Assembly (NCBI GenBank): GCA_964485585.1
Contig: CAZAJT010000001.1
Span: forward strand, 150 to 64,149
Reading direction: 5' to 3'
From: an uncultured Gammaproteobacteria bacterium
GTDB taxonomy: Bacteria > Patescibacteriota > Microgenomatia > UBA1406 > GWC2-37-13
DNA length: 64,000 bases
The notes under the pieces are model-generated. The model made no database searches. It had not been told where the DNA came from and saw only the letters and a program-made list of their open reading frames with translations. The position numbers and the translations under genes are program-made. Shown here piece after piece: positions 1 to 8,164 of the stretch (position 1 is the first letter of the stretch; each line of letters opens with the position of its first letter).

Positions 1-1
1 A

Positions 2-475
2 AAAGTAAGATCGGTAACAGAAAATGATAAAGAATGGATTAATGATATAACAATAAGAGAATGGGGATCTGATTTTATTATTGCTGATCACAAAATTTAT
101 AGACCTAAAGACTTATCAGGTATAATCATTGAAGAAAATGATGAAAAATTGGGGCTTTTAACCTACATTATAGAAAATAACGAATGTAAAATAATTTCCC
201 TCAACAGTCTTAAACAAAATAAGGGAGTTGGCACAATACTATTGGATGAGTTAAAACGAACTGCTAAAGAAAAAGGAGCTATTAGGATATTGATAGAAAC
301 TACTAACGATAATCTTAATGCTCTAAGGTTTTATCAAAAAAGAGGTTTCCAAATAATTGCCGTTTATCCTAATGCAATAGATGAAGCGCGGAAGAAAAAA
401 CCTCAGATTCCTCTTATTGGAGAAAATAATATTCCATTAAGAGATGTTCTTGAACTGGAATTTAAATTGCAGTAA
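2..475 (+). CDS. GNAT-family N-acetyltransferase, 5'-partial (frame open to window edge)
   Basis: The frame of ORF 149-475 stays open back to nt 2 (KVRSVTENDKEWINDITIREWGSDF...). It carries the acetyl-CoA motif QNKGVGTILLDEL and the C-terminal LRFYQKRGF signature typical of GNAT enzymes. Confidence 0.8.
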   Translation, partial: KVRSVTENDKEWINDITIREWGSDFIIADHKIYRPKDLSGIIIEENDEKLGLLTYIIENNECKIISLNSLKQNKGVGTILLDELKRTAKEKGAIRILIETTNDNLNALRFYQKRGFQIIAVYPNAIDEARKKKPQIPLIGENNIPLRDVLELEFKLQ

Positions 476-479
476 TAAT

Positions 480-554
480 TTCCAACATATTCAACCAACT
501 TGGACTCGCTTCCCAATGATCAAAACCACCTAGAGGCTAATACGCGGTTGGAAC
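480..554 (+). repeat. attC-like repeat R1 (integron-cassette-type boundary)
   Basis: It begins TTCCAAC (480-486) just after the GNAT stop and ends GTTGGAA(C) (547-554). The termini are exact reverse complements. It is alignable over its whole length with the repeats at 1911, 2391 and 3937. Confidence 0.55.
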
Positions 555-612
555 GCTTACATCCTTTCTCTGTTATAATATATTTAGAGCTTGAAGATAA
601 GGAATTTCACCT

Positions 613-1883
613 ATGGAAATACTTTTTATTCTGTCACTTATTGTATTGAATGGTATTTTTGCTATGGCTGAAATAGCTATAGTTACAGCAAGAAAAAGCC
701 GTCTTCAACACAAGGCAAATGAAGGAGATAAAAATGCGAAAATTGCTCTTGATTTGGCAAATAATCCTAATCGTCTATTATCCACAATACAAATAGGCAT
801 TACATCTATAGGTATTTTTGCCGGTGTATTTGGTGGAGCGACAATCGCAGAATCTTTATCAAAACAATTTGATGTTTTACCCTTTCTTAATCCTTACAGT
901 AATGCTTTAGCATTTACTATAGTAGTTGTTGTTATTACTTATCTCACGCTTGTAATTGGAGAATTAGTTCCTAAACGATTGGCTTTAAGTAATCCTGAAA
1001 AAGTAGCATCCTTTATAGCGGGCCCCATGAATTTTTTATCTAATTTTTCTTCACCTCTAGTTACTCTTTTAAGTATATCTACTGATTAAAAGAAGCGCCA
1101 ATTAGCGAAGAAGAAATCAGAGCGCTTATAAAAGAAGGGGCAAGAATAGGCATACTAAAACTAGCCGAAAAGGATATTTTGGAGAGGACATTTAAAGTTG
1201 CTGATAAAAAAGTTAACAAACTTATGACGCCTCGTACTGATATTGTCTGGATAGACATTGATGATGCATTTAAGACTATTCGAAATAAAATAGTATCCGA
1301 TACTCACTCTTATTACCCCGTCTGTCGTGGTTCTTTAGATAAAGTAATAGGTATCCTCAGAACAGAAGACATTTTATCTAATTTTCTAGTTGAAGGAAAA
1401 ATAAATTTAAATGATATGTTGCTTAAACCGCTTTTTGTTCCTGAAAGTACGGACACTTTGCACGTTCTGGAACAGTTTAAAAAAACAGGTGTCCACATGG
1501 CACTGATAGTTGATGAATATGGTAGCATACAAGGTTTAGTATGGCTGCAGGATATACTTGAAGCAATCGTAGGAGAGATACCAAAAGCAGAAAAAGAAGA
1601 AGAAAAAGATATTGTGAAACGGGAAGACGGCTCCTATCTGGTAGATGGATTAGTTACCATTGATGAGTTTAAAGATTACTTTAAAATGAAAAAAATACTT
1701 GGTGAAAAGTCTAATAATTTCCATTCTATTGGAGGATTGATAATGACTAAAGTAGGGAGAATACCAATTGTGGGTGATAGTTTTGAATTAGAGCCATTCC
1801 GTTTTGAAGTAATAGATATGGATGGTAATAGGGTAGATAAAGTTTTAGTAGTACCTTTAAGTAAAATCAAGAATAAGCATTAA
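613..1883 (+). pseudogene. CNNM/TlyC/CorC-type hemolysin-family protein (DUF21 + 2xCBS + CorC_HlyC), split by an internal deletion/frameshift
   Basis: ORF 613-1089 is the DUF21 membrane half (..GELVPKRLALSNPEK..LLSISTD*). A different frame, open from 1086, encodes the usual continuation LKEAPISEEEIRALIKEGARIGIL..LMTPRTDIVWIDIDD plus the CBS and CorC domains. The roughly 10-15 aa normally joining the two parts are missing. Confidence 0.75.
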
Positions 1884-1910
1884 ACAATACATATCCTTTC
1901 TTGTAATAAT

Positions 1911-1995
1911 TTCCAACATACTCAACCAGCATGGACTCGGCTCTTAGCTTTACTCTTCTATATCAAACTATTGCAACAGACTAGTGAATTCGGAC
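1911..1995 (+). repeat. attC-like repeat R2 (right end degenerate)
   Basis: GTAATAATTTCCAACATACTCAACCAGCATGGACTCGG is near-identical to the left part of R1. The right end reads TTCGGAC instead of GTTGGAAC. Confidence 0.5.
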
Positions 1996-2013
1996 TTTTG
2001 GTATACTTCAGAT

Positions 2014-2385
2014 ATGAAATTCTACGTTGCGGGGAGATTTAGTGACAAAGAGAAGATAAGAGAAATTAACAACCTTATTCTAAGTAAGTGGCATGAACTT
2101 TCTGGTGACTGAACCAATCACGTAGGTTCTGATGATTATGTAAAGACTGCTGAACGATCAAAAAATTATGCAATTGAGGATATTAACGCTGTATTGAGTT
2201 GTGATATTTTTGTTTTACTACTTAATGAGAAAGGCGGAACAGGTAGTTCTACGGAATTAGGTGTGGCGCTTGCCCTAAATAAAAAAATCTATGCTGTTGG
2301 GAATCATATTGGAAATAATATGTTTAATTTTCACCCATCCGTAATTCATAAGAGAACAATAGCGGAAGTTCTAGAAAATTTATAG
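2014..2385 (+). pseudogene. nucleoside 2-deoxyribosyltransferase-like protein interrupted by an in-frame TGA (2110-2112)
   Basis: ATG 2014 gives MKFYVAGRFSDKEKIREINNLILSKWHELSGD-TGA-TNHVGSDDY.., in the same frame as track ORF 2194-2385 (..GGTGSSTELGVALALNKKIYAV..). The N-terminal MKxYxAG and the TELG motif fit the NDT-like fold family. Confidence 0.6.
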
Positions 2386-2390
2386 TAGTT

Positions 2391-2464
2391 TTCCACATAT
2401 TCAACCAGCCTGGACACATGCCCTAAGGCTCCAAACTACATAAAGGCCAGTATACGGTTGGAAC
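2391..2464 (+). repeat. attC-like repeat R3
   Basis: TTCCA-CATATTCAACCAGCCTGGAC ... ACGGTTGGAAC. It starts 6 nt after the stop codon at 2383-2385. Confidence 0.55.
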
Positions 2465-2485
2465 TTTTGATATACTTTCATAAAC

Positions 2486-2950
2486 ATGGTTATTCGTGAA
2501 CTTTTATCTTCTGATATTGAATCAATAAATAAGATTGCAAAATCTTTACATCCAAAATGGTTTACGTCAGATGCTCTCAAAAATATCTCGATTGATGTTC
2601 AGATAGATAAATGTTACGTTGCTGAATCAAATAATAATATAGTTGGCTTCATAATTTTTTCGTCTCAAGATGGAGAAGTTAGGATAAATTGGCTTGGAGT
2701 CAATCCAGATTTTCATAGAGAAGGTACAGGAAGTAAGTTATTAGAAAGGGTCATTAATTTTGTAAAAGAAATCGGTTCAAAAAAGATTATTGTAGAAACT
2801 GTAGTTGAACAAATCCCAAAAGATGGTAGCTATGATGAAACAATGAAGTTTTATATGAAACAAGGATTTATGATCTTCAAAAAGTATCCTGAAGAACATT
2901 TTAAAGAGTTCACTTTTACAAAAGGCCTTCTTGAAAAACAAATTAAGTAA
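2486..2950 (+). CDS. GNAT-family N-acetyltransferase
   Basis: Carries ..WLGVNPDFHREGTGSKLLERV.. (R-x-x-G-x-G/A motif) and ..FYMKQGF.., at a typical 154-aa size. Confidence 0.85.
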   Translation: MVIRELLSSDIESINKIAKSLHPKWFTSDALKNISIDVQIDKCYVAESNNNIVGFIIFSSQDGEVRINWLGVNPDFHREGTGSKLLERVINFVKEIGSKKIIVETVVEQIPKDGSYDETMKFYMKQGFMIFKKYPEEHFKEFTFTKGLLEKQIK

Positions 2951-3038
2951 TTTTACTAACACCTATCGTGGCGATTACTTTCTTTCTTGGAACCATATGA
3001 AAGTATGATGCAAAATTCTTCCATTCCAACATCATTTA

Positions 3039-3311
3039 TTGGTAAAATATGACATGACAGTTAATAGAATTATTAAGAATAAGCCGTATCTCGCTTGGTA
3101 CGTAAAAGATCCGGAGAAGCTTTCGGAAGAATCAGTTTTAGAACATGTGTTAAATTATGGTAACTGGGATGATGTGCAGCAATTTATCAAAATTAAAGGT
3201 AAGGATAAAACAACTGAGCTTTTCAAAAAGACACTAACAAATAAAAGGACGAATTATTCTCCGGCAATTCAGTCCTTTTTTTCCCGTTATTTTAACAATA
3301 AAAATGCATAA
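3039..3311 (+). CDS. small hypothetical protein, putative partner (antitoxin-like) of the downstream AbiEii-type nucleotidyltransferase
   Basis: A 90-aa ORF (TTG 3039, or ATG 3054) whose stop overlaps the next start by 8 nt. I recognised no domain; the functional guess rests on context only. Confidence 0.45.
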   Translation: MVKYDMTVNRIIKNKPYLAWYVKDPEKLSEESVLEHVLNYGNWDDVQQFIKIKGKDKTTELFKKTLTNKRTNYSPAIQSFFSRYFNNKNA

Positions 3312-3912
3312 AAATATACTCAATGCCGATCAGGAACAATTATTATCTTTTATAAAATCATTTTTACCAGATTTTTATCTTGTCGGTGGAACTGCAATCG
3401 CCCTTTATCTCGGTCATAGAAGGTCTATTGATTTTGATTTGTTCACGGATAATACATTTGATCCGATGAAAATACGTAATAAAATACTAATAGATAAAAC
3501 TATTGAATATACTTTTTCTCAAGGTAGTGGTGAATTAACAGTTCTCATCGATAAAGTGAGAGTAACTTTTTTTCATTATCCTTTCAAAATTCAAAGAAAT
3601 ATAACATTTGAACAAACTTTAAAACTTCCCGACCTAATTACCCTTGGAGCCATGAAAGCATTCGCTCTTGGAAGGCGAGCAAAATGGAAGGATTATGTTG
3701 ATCTTTATTTCATTTTTCAAAATCATTCATTTCAGGAACTTATTAGTAAAACAAACAGTATTTTTAAAGAAGAATTTAATGAAAAATTATTCCGGACTCA
3801 ACTTGGGTATTTTGAAGACGTTGATTATACTGAACAGATTGAATATATCACGGGGTATGAAAAAAAAGACAGCGATATAAAACAATTCCTTGAGAAAATA
3901 AGCCTATCTTGA
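3304..3912 (+). CDS. nucleotidyltransferase AbiEii/AbiGii toxin-family protein
   Basis: FYLVGGTAIALYLGHRRSIDFDLF matches the hallmark GGTAL..HR.S.DiDlf NTase motif of the type IV TA toxin family. Confidence 0.7.
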   Translation: MHKNILNADQEQLLSFIKSFLPDFYLVGGTAIALYLGHRRSIDFDLFTDNTFDPMKIRNKILIDKTIEYTFSQGSGELTVLIDKVRVTFFHYPFKIQRNITFEQTLKLPDLITLGAMKAFALGRRAKWKDYVDLYFIFQNHSFQELISKTNSIFKEEFNEKLFRTQLGYFEDVDYTEQIEYITGYEKKDSDIKQFLEKISLS

Positions 3913-3936
3913 GAAACTGGTAATGGACATAAAAAG

Positions 3937-4011
3937 TCCTAACATATTCAACTAGCCTGGATTCGCTTCCTTTTGGTCTAAACTACAATAAGGTAATAGA
4001 ACGGTTGGAAC
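3937..4011 (+). repeat. attC-like repeat R4
   Basis: TCCTAACATATTCAACTAGCCTGGATTCGC ... AACTACAATAAGG ... ACGGTTGGAAC. It is homologous to R1-R3. Confidence 0.55.
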
Positions 4012-4029
4012 TTTTGATATACTTTCTTT

Positions 4030-4896
4030 ATGAATATTCCAGTTAAGAAACTCCAAAACGGTTTTAGATTACCAGTTTTAGGATTTGGGACTTGGACAAT
4101 TGGTGGAAAGAGAGAAAAAGATACAACAAATGACGAAATTAATATTTTAGGTATAAAAAATGCAATAAATTCAGGATTAACTCATATTGATACCGCTGAA
4201 ATGTACGCTGCTGGGCATGCGGAAGAAATTGTTGGAATAGCCATAAAAGAATTTCCTAGAAAAAAGTTATTCATTACCACTAAAGTAGCACCTGATCATC
4301 TTAAATATGATGATTTATTTAGAGCTTGTGAGAATAGTTTGAAAAGGCTTCAAACTGACTATTTAGATTTGTATCTTATTCATTCTCCTAATGATGAAGT
4401 TCCAATTAATGAGACCATGAAGGCATTAAATAAATTAAAAGATCAGGGTTTGATTAAAAATATTGGTGTTAGTAATTTTAAAACTTCTAGATTAAAAAAA
4501 GCTCAGCAAACTTCAGTTAGTCCCATTGTTACCAATCAAGTTTTTTATAATTTGATTGTTCGTCAACCTGAAACTGATGGATTAATTGAATATTGCCAAA
4601 AAAATGATATTTTAATAACAGCATTTAGACCAGTTGATAGGGGTTTATTAACCCAATCTAATAATCAGATATTTGCCGAAATATGTAATAAATACCAAAA
4701 AACTCCTGCGCAAATGGCTATAAATTGGTTAATATCACAGGATAATGTCGTTACAATTTCGAAAATGAGTAATCGAAAACATTTAGAAGAAAATCTTAAA
4801 GCTTTAAATTGGAAAATGGAGCAAATTGATATTAAAAAGTTAAGAGATGAATTCCCCAATCAGCAAAAAGATACTTCTGAAACACCATTGAGATGA
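4030..4896 (+). CDS. aldo/keto reductase
   Basis: LGFGTW..G, HIDTAEMY, DYLDLYLIHSP and GVSNF are classic AKR signatures. Confidence 0.9.
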   Translation: MNIPVKKLQNGFRLPVLGFGTWTIGGKREKDTTNDEINILGIKNAINSGLTHIDTAEMYAAGHAEEIVGIAIKEFPRKKLFITTKVAPDHLKYDDLFRACENSLKRLQTDYLDLYLIHSPNDEVPINETMKALNKLKDQGLIKNIGVSNFKTSRLKKAQQTSVSPIVTNQVFYNLIVRQPETDGLIEYCQKNDILITAFRPVDRGLLTQSNNQIFAEICNKYQKTPAQMAINWLISQDNVVTISKMSNRKHLEENLKALNWKMEQIDIKKLRDEFPNQQKDTSETPLR

Positions 4897-4915
4897 GAAG
4901 GCTCAATACAAAAGG

Positions 4916-4996
4916 TCACATAACCTATTCAGCTGGTCTGGACTAGAAAGCGAGATGATAGAACAATCCATCAGGAGACCTTTAACGGGAATTGGC
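4916..4996 (+). repeat. attC-like repeat R5, strongly degenerate (last of the array)
   Basis: TCACATAACCTATTCAGCTGGTCTGGACTAG aligns, with indels, to the left half of R1-R4. The right end AACGGGAATTGGCG is only a remnant of ACGGTTGGAAC. Confidence 0.35.
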
Positions 4997-5055
4997 GTAA
5001 TGACAATTAAGGTTCTCATGTCTAACTCTTCATTACAATCTGCTATCATAAGAAT

Positions 5056-5640
5056 ATGTCTCAGAGTAAATGGTGGAGTTTGTATCTGATAGCAGGTCTT
5101 GTTATTCTATCATTGCAGTCGTACATCGCATTTCCTCGCAGTCCTCTTCTTTTATTGCAAGATTTGATAATACCATCTGTAATAGTGATAACTTCTATTT
5201 TTGTCCTATTTAAACCAAAAGCACTCAATCTACTCTTCATTGGACTTTTATACATGTTTTTAACAATGATCTTTTTGTTCGTCGACTCAAAAATGAAACC
5301 TTATGGAACAGCAACGTTTTTGTTCGGGACGTGGCTTCTAGTTGATTATGTAAATTTAAAAAAGTTTAACCAAAGCATCGTAACCAATATGGTAAATCCT
5401 CAGTCAAAGATAGGAAAGGGAGTGTTTTTCTCAACATTCATATTTGGGTTGATCACTGAGTATACTAATCTTCCATTTGAAATTTGGACATATAATATTC
5501 CTCTGCCTTCACTTACCAACTTCGGAATTCCTGCTCTCATTGCTGCATTTGGATGGACTCCTTGGACGCTCTCAATCTTATCGATCTTTTACTATTTTAT
5601 TTTGAACGAACAAAAAATGACTCAGTCGAATACTAAATAA
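5056..5640 (+). CDS. hypothetical polytopic membrane protein
   Basis: A 194-aa ORF with about 6 hydrophobic segments. No domain recognised. Confidence 0.55.
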   Translation: MSQSKWWSLYLIAGLVILSLQSYIAFPRSPLLLLQDLIIPSVIVITSIFVLFKPKALNLLFIGLLYMFLTMIFLFVDSKMKPYGTATFLFGTWLLVDYVNLKKFNQSIVTNMVNPQSKIGKGVFFSTFIFGLITEYTNLPFEIWTYNIPLPSLTNFGIPALIAAFGWTPWTLSILSIFYYFILNEQKMTQSNTK

Positions 5641-5667
5641 GACTGTAGTTACGCATATGAATAAATT

Positions 5668-6042
5668 ATGGAAGAAACGAAAAATGTTACCGGTTTGGAT
5701 ATAGAGCTCATTAAGAAACTATTGACTGGTGATTTTACCGGAATTCCCATTGATCAGCTAAAACAGGTGTTTTCTCCCACCTTTGCCGCAGAAGCAGTCC
5801 ATACCTTAGCAAAAGAGCTGAGAAACGATAATTTTGGCAATGCCGCTCATCTCTATATCAGAGAAAGACAGGGAGGTAAATCTCCAGCACAGATTTTCGC
5901 CCTGATGAATGGCGGGCAGCTTCCAGAGCTTGATTTCGCAACTTCAATCAAAGGGGTTGGTCTCCAATATGCACGCGGCTCACTCTTCATGGCTTACGAG
6001 GAAGCCTATCAACGTTATCTTCTCTCAACGAAACTCAAATAA
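5668..6042 (+). CDS. hypothetical protein
   Basis: A 124-aa ORF 27 nt downstream of the previous gene. No recognisable motif. Confidence 0.45.
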   Translation: MEETKNVTGLDIELIKKLLTGDFTGIPIDQLKQVFSPTFAAEAVHTLAKELRNDNFGNAAHLYIRERQGGKSPAQIFALMNGGQLPELDFATSIKGVGLQYARGSLFMAYEEAYQRYLLSTKLK

Positions 6043-6074
6043 TAATCGTCTTTTTTTGCTACTATTAATACAGT

Positions 6075-7136
6075 ATGACTTTGACAGAGATGTCCTATTA
6101 TAGTAGAAGGCTGCTGCCCTTTGCCATTATCGGTGTTCTCGTATTTCTGATCTTTTATTATGCAATTCAGGTATTTTTTCTCTACATAGAGAGTCAGAAG
6201 CCCAAGCAGATCCTTATTGAGGATGAATTTGGAAAAATCAAAAGACCGATAGTTAAGAATGCTTTCACGGGAACTAATTTTACCTACACTCTTGATACCG
6301 TAGAAGGTCAACCCATAACCGCAACCGACAGCGCGCAGGTATTCTTCTTTCCCCCATCAACCGCGCGATTTGGATTTCGAGATAAAATCTACGTAGTGGC
6401 AAAGACACTCGGATTTAATACCGAGCTTACCAAGCATACACTTGATGGTACCCAAGCAATTTTTACCGAGCCAAACCAACGACTTTCCATAGATATCACC
6501 AATTTTAATTTTACGTACGAATATGAAATCGCGCAGGATGAAGACGTACTCAAAAACACTACTATTCCGCGGCCAGAAGATATCGAGGAGAAAGCGATGG
6601 ATTTCTTACGTACCATAAGTCGATATCCTGAAGAACTCGCAAAAGGAAAGCTCAACATTATTTATCATGTGTATGATAGAGAAAATAATCGACTGACTTC
6701 TACGTCACGACCTCAGGATGCGAATGTAGTTGAGGTAGATTTTTACCGACCTGATATTGAGGCACAACCACAAAGTATTGCGGTAGTTGCACCAAAGTAC
6801 TTCAATAGTCAGAATTATGTCATTATGGTATTTGGCGAGAACGGGTTTAAGGTACTCAAAGCACAAGTACAATTTTTCGAGAAATCTGATGGTACTGTTG
6901 GAATCTATCCATTGAAAACCGGCGATCAGGCATATGAGGCGCTTCGCGCCGGAAAGGGAATTGTTGTTTCACGCGCAGAAAACGCTCCTACAAACATTAC
7001 TATCAAAAAGATGTTTTTAGGCTACTATGATCCAGATACGTATCAAGAATATCTTCAGCCGATATATGTATTTTTGGGAGAACACGAATTTGTAGGATAT
7101 GTACCGGCGGTAAGAGACGATTATGTCATAGAGTGA
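6075..7136 (+). CDS. hypothetical N-terminally membrane-anchored protein
   Basis: A 353-aa ORF with a single N-terminal TM segment (LLPFAIIGVLVFLIFYYAIQVFFLY). No domain recognised. Confidence 0.6.
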   Translation: MTLTEMSYYSRRLLPFAIIGVLVFLIFYYAIQVFFLYIESQKPKQILIEDEFGKIKRPIVKNAFTGTNFTYTLDTVEGQPITATDSAQVFFFPPSTARFGFRDKIYVVAKTLGFNTELTKHTLDGTQAIFTEPNQRLSIDITNFNFTYEYEIAQDEDVLKNTTIPRPEDIEEKAMDFLRTISRYPEELAKGKLNIIYHVYDRENNRLTSTSRPQDANVVEVDFYRPDIEAQPQSIAVVAPKYFNSQNYVIMVFGENGFKVLKAQVQFFEKSDGTVGIYPLKTGDQAYEALRAGKGIVVSRAENAPTNITIKKMFLGYYDPDTYQEYLQPIYVFLGEHEFVGYVPAVRDDYVIE

Positions 7137-7137
7137 A

Positions 7138-7195
7138 TTATGAGTTATGCGTTCTGTGTTCTGAGTACTCATAAGTCACGACTCCAAACTCATAG
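7138..7195. repeat. heptad-periodic imperfect hairpin (GTTNTGN words)
   Basis: TTATGAG TTATGCG TTCTGTG TTCTGAG T | ACTCATA AGTCACG ACTCCAA ACTCATA. It lies between convergent genes and overlaps the last codons of the carboxypeptidase gene. Confidence 0.6.
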
Positions 7196-8092
7196 CTTTA
7201 TGTATTCAACATTCCCATTCAGCCACTTCACCACTGCTTTGGTATCGGCAAAACGGTCTCTACTTTTCAGTATGGTAATAATGTATTGGTATCCGTTTGA
7301 TTTATAGAGGCTGATAAGGTTCTCCCCGGCGTTATCAGTGTAGCCTGTTTTCAATCCGCCGATACCATGGACTTCTCCCAACAGTTTATTCACATTTGAT
7401 AGCCGATGAAAATTGATAAATTGGCTATCTGCGACGGTAATATCACGGGTTGAAACAATTTTACTCAACATTTTATTCTTCAATAATTCACGGGCAGCAA
7501 GCGTCATATCAAATGGGGTGGTATATTGTTCATAATCATCCAGACCTGCGGGGTTTTTAAAATGAGTATTGTTCATTCCGAGTTGTTTCGCTTTCTGATT
7601 CATCGCTTCAATGAATTTTTCATAACCATAGTGATCGGCGAGCGCATACGCTGCGTCATTCCCAGAATGTACAAGAATACCATAGAGGAGGTTTTCCACC
7701 GTAATTTTTTCTCCCACGGTGAGACCCATTGTTTGTCCTTCGGTAATAACACGGTTTACCGTAACAATGTTATCGGGATCAAAAAGATCATAGGTAACCA
7801 GAGCAGTGATCACTTTTGTTGTAGATGCGGGGAGAAACTGCTGCTGCATATTCCTTTCATACAATGGGGTAAACGATGGGATATCAACAATATATATGCC
7901 TTCTGCGGTAAGATCAGGGTATGTTGATGTTTTCACAACCGGTACTGGTTGATGAAATATTTTAGCAACTTGCTTTGTACTGAGAAAGATTGGGCGATGA
8001 TAGGCAAACATATGAAAATAACTGCTATCGCCAGGGTAAAAGAGAAAAAGCAGGGTGAAAAAAAAGAAAAGGAAATAGAAACGTAGTTTCAT
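7190..8092 (-). CDS. D-alanyl-D-alanine carboxypeptidase (peptidase S11, PBP5/6-like)
   Basis: Carries SxxK (PASTTKV), SxN (HSGND) and KTG (LKTGYT) motifs plus an N-terminal signal/anchor. Confidence 0.85.
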   Translation of the reverse strand: MKLRFYFLFFFFTLLFLFYPGDSSYFHMFAYHRPIFLSTKQVAKIFHQPVPVVKTSTYPDLTAEGIYIVDIPSFTPLYERNMQQQFLPASTTKVITALVTYDLFDPDNIVTVNRVITEGQTMGLTVGEKITVENLLYGILVHSGNDAAYALADHYGYEKFIEAMNQKAKQLGMNNTHFKNPAGLDDYEQYTTPFDMTLAARELLKNKMLSKIVSTRDITVADSQFINFHRLSNVNKLLGEVHGIGGLKTGYTDNAGENLISLYKSNGYQYIITILKSRDRFADTKAVVKWLNGNVEYIKL

Positions 8093-8100
8093 AATTTAAA

Positions 8101-8160
8101 GTTCTGAGTTATGCGTTATGAGTTATGAGCACTCAGAACCCAGAATCCATAACCCATAAC
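8101..8160. repeat. heptad-periodic imperfect hairpin, same word family as 7138-7195
   Basis: GTTCTGA GTTATGC GTTATGA GTTATGA G .. CTCAGAACCCAGAATCCATAACCCATAAC. About 22 of 29 arm positions pair. It shares GAGTTATGCGTT and GTTCTGAGT with the copy at 7138. Confidence 0.6.
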
Positions 8161-8164
8161 TAAA

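Noticed and set aside
2110-2112. Genome-wide TGA reassignment (code 4 or 25) or selenocysteine at the in-frame TGA
   Set aside because: Many well-conserved genes in the window terminate at TGA at the expected length (for example 3912, 4896, 7136, 36765, 32658). No Sec-type context is evident, and the family has no redox Cys at this position. Only a foreign origin of this one cassette remains as a remote possibility.
4985-5010. TTGGCGTAATGACAAT resembling the right end (GGCTCGAAATGACAAT) of the nested-hairpin element
   Set aside because: No matching left terminus or inner stem lies upstream. The stretch aligns better as the decayed right end of attC-like repeat R5.
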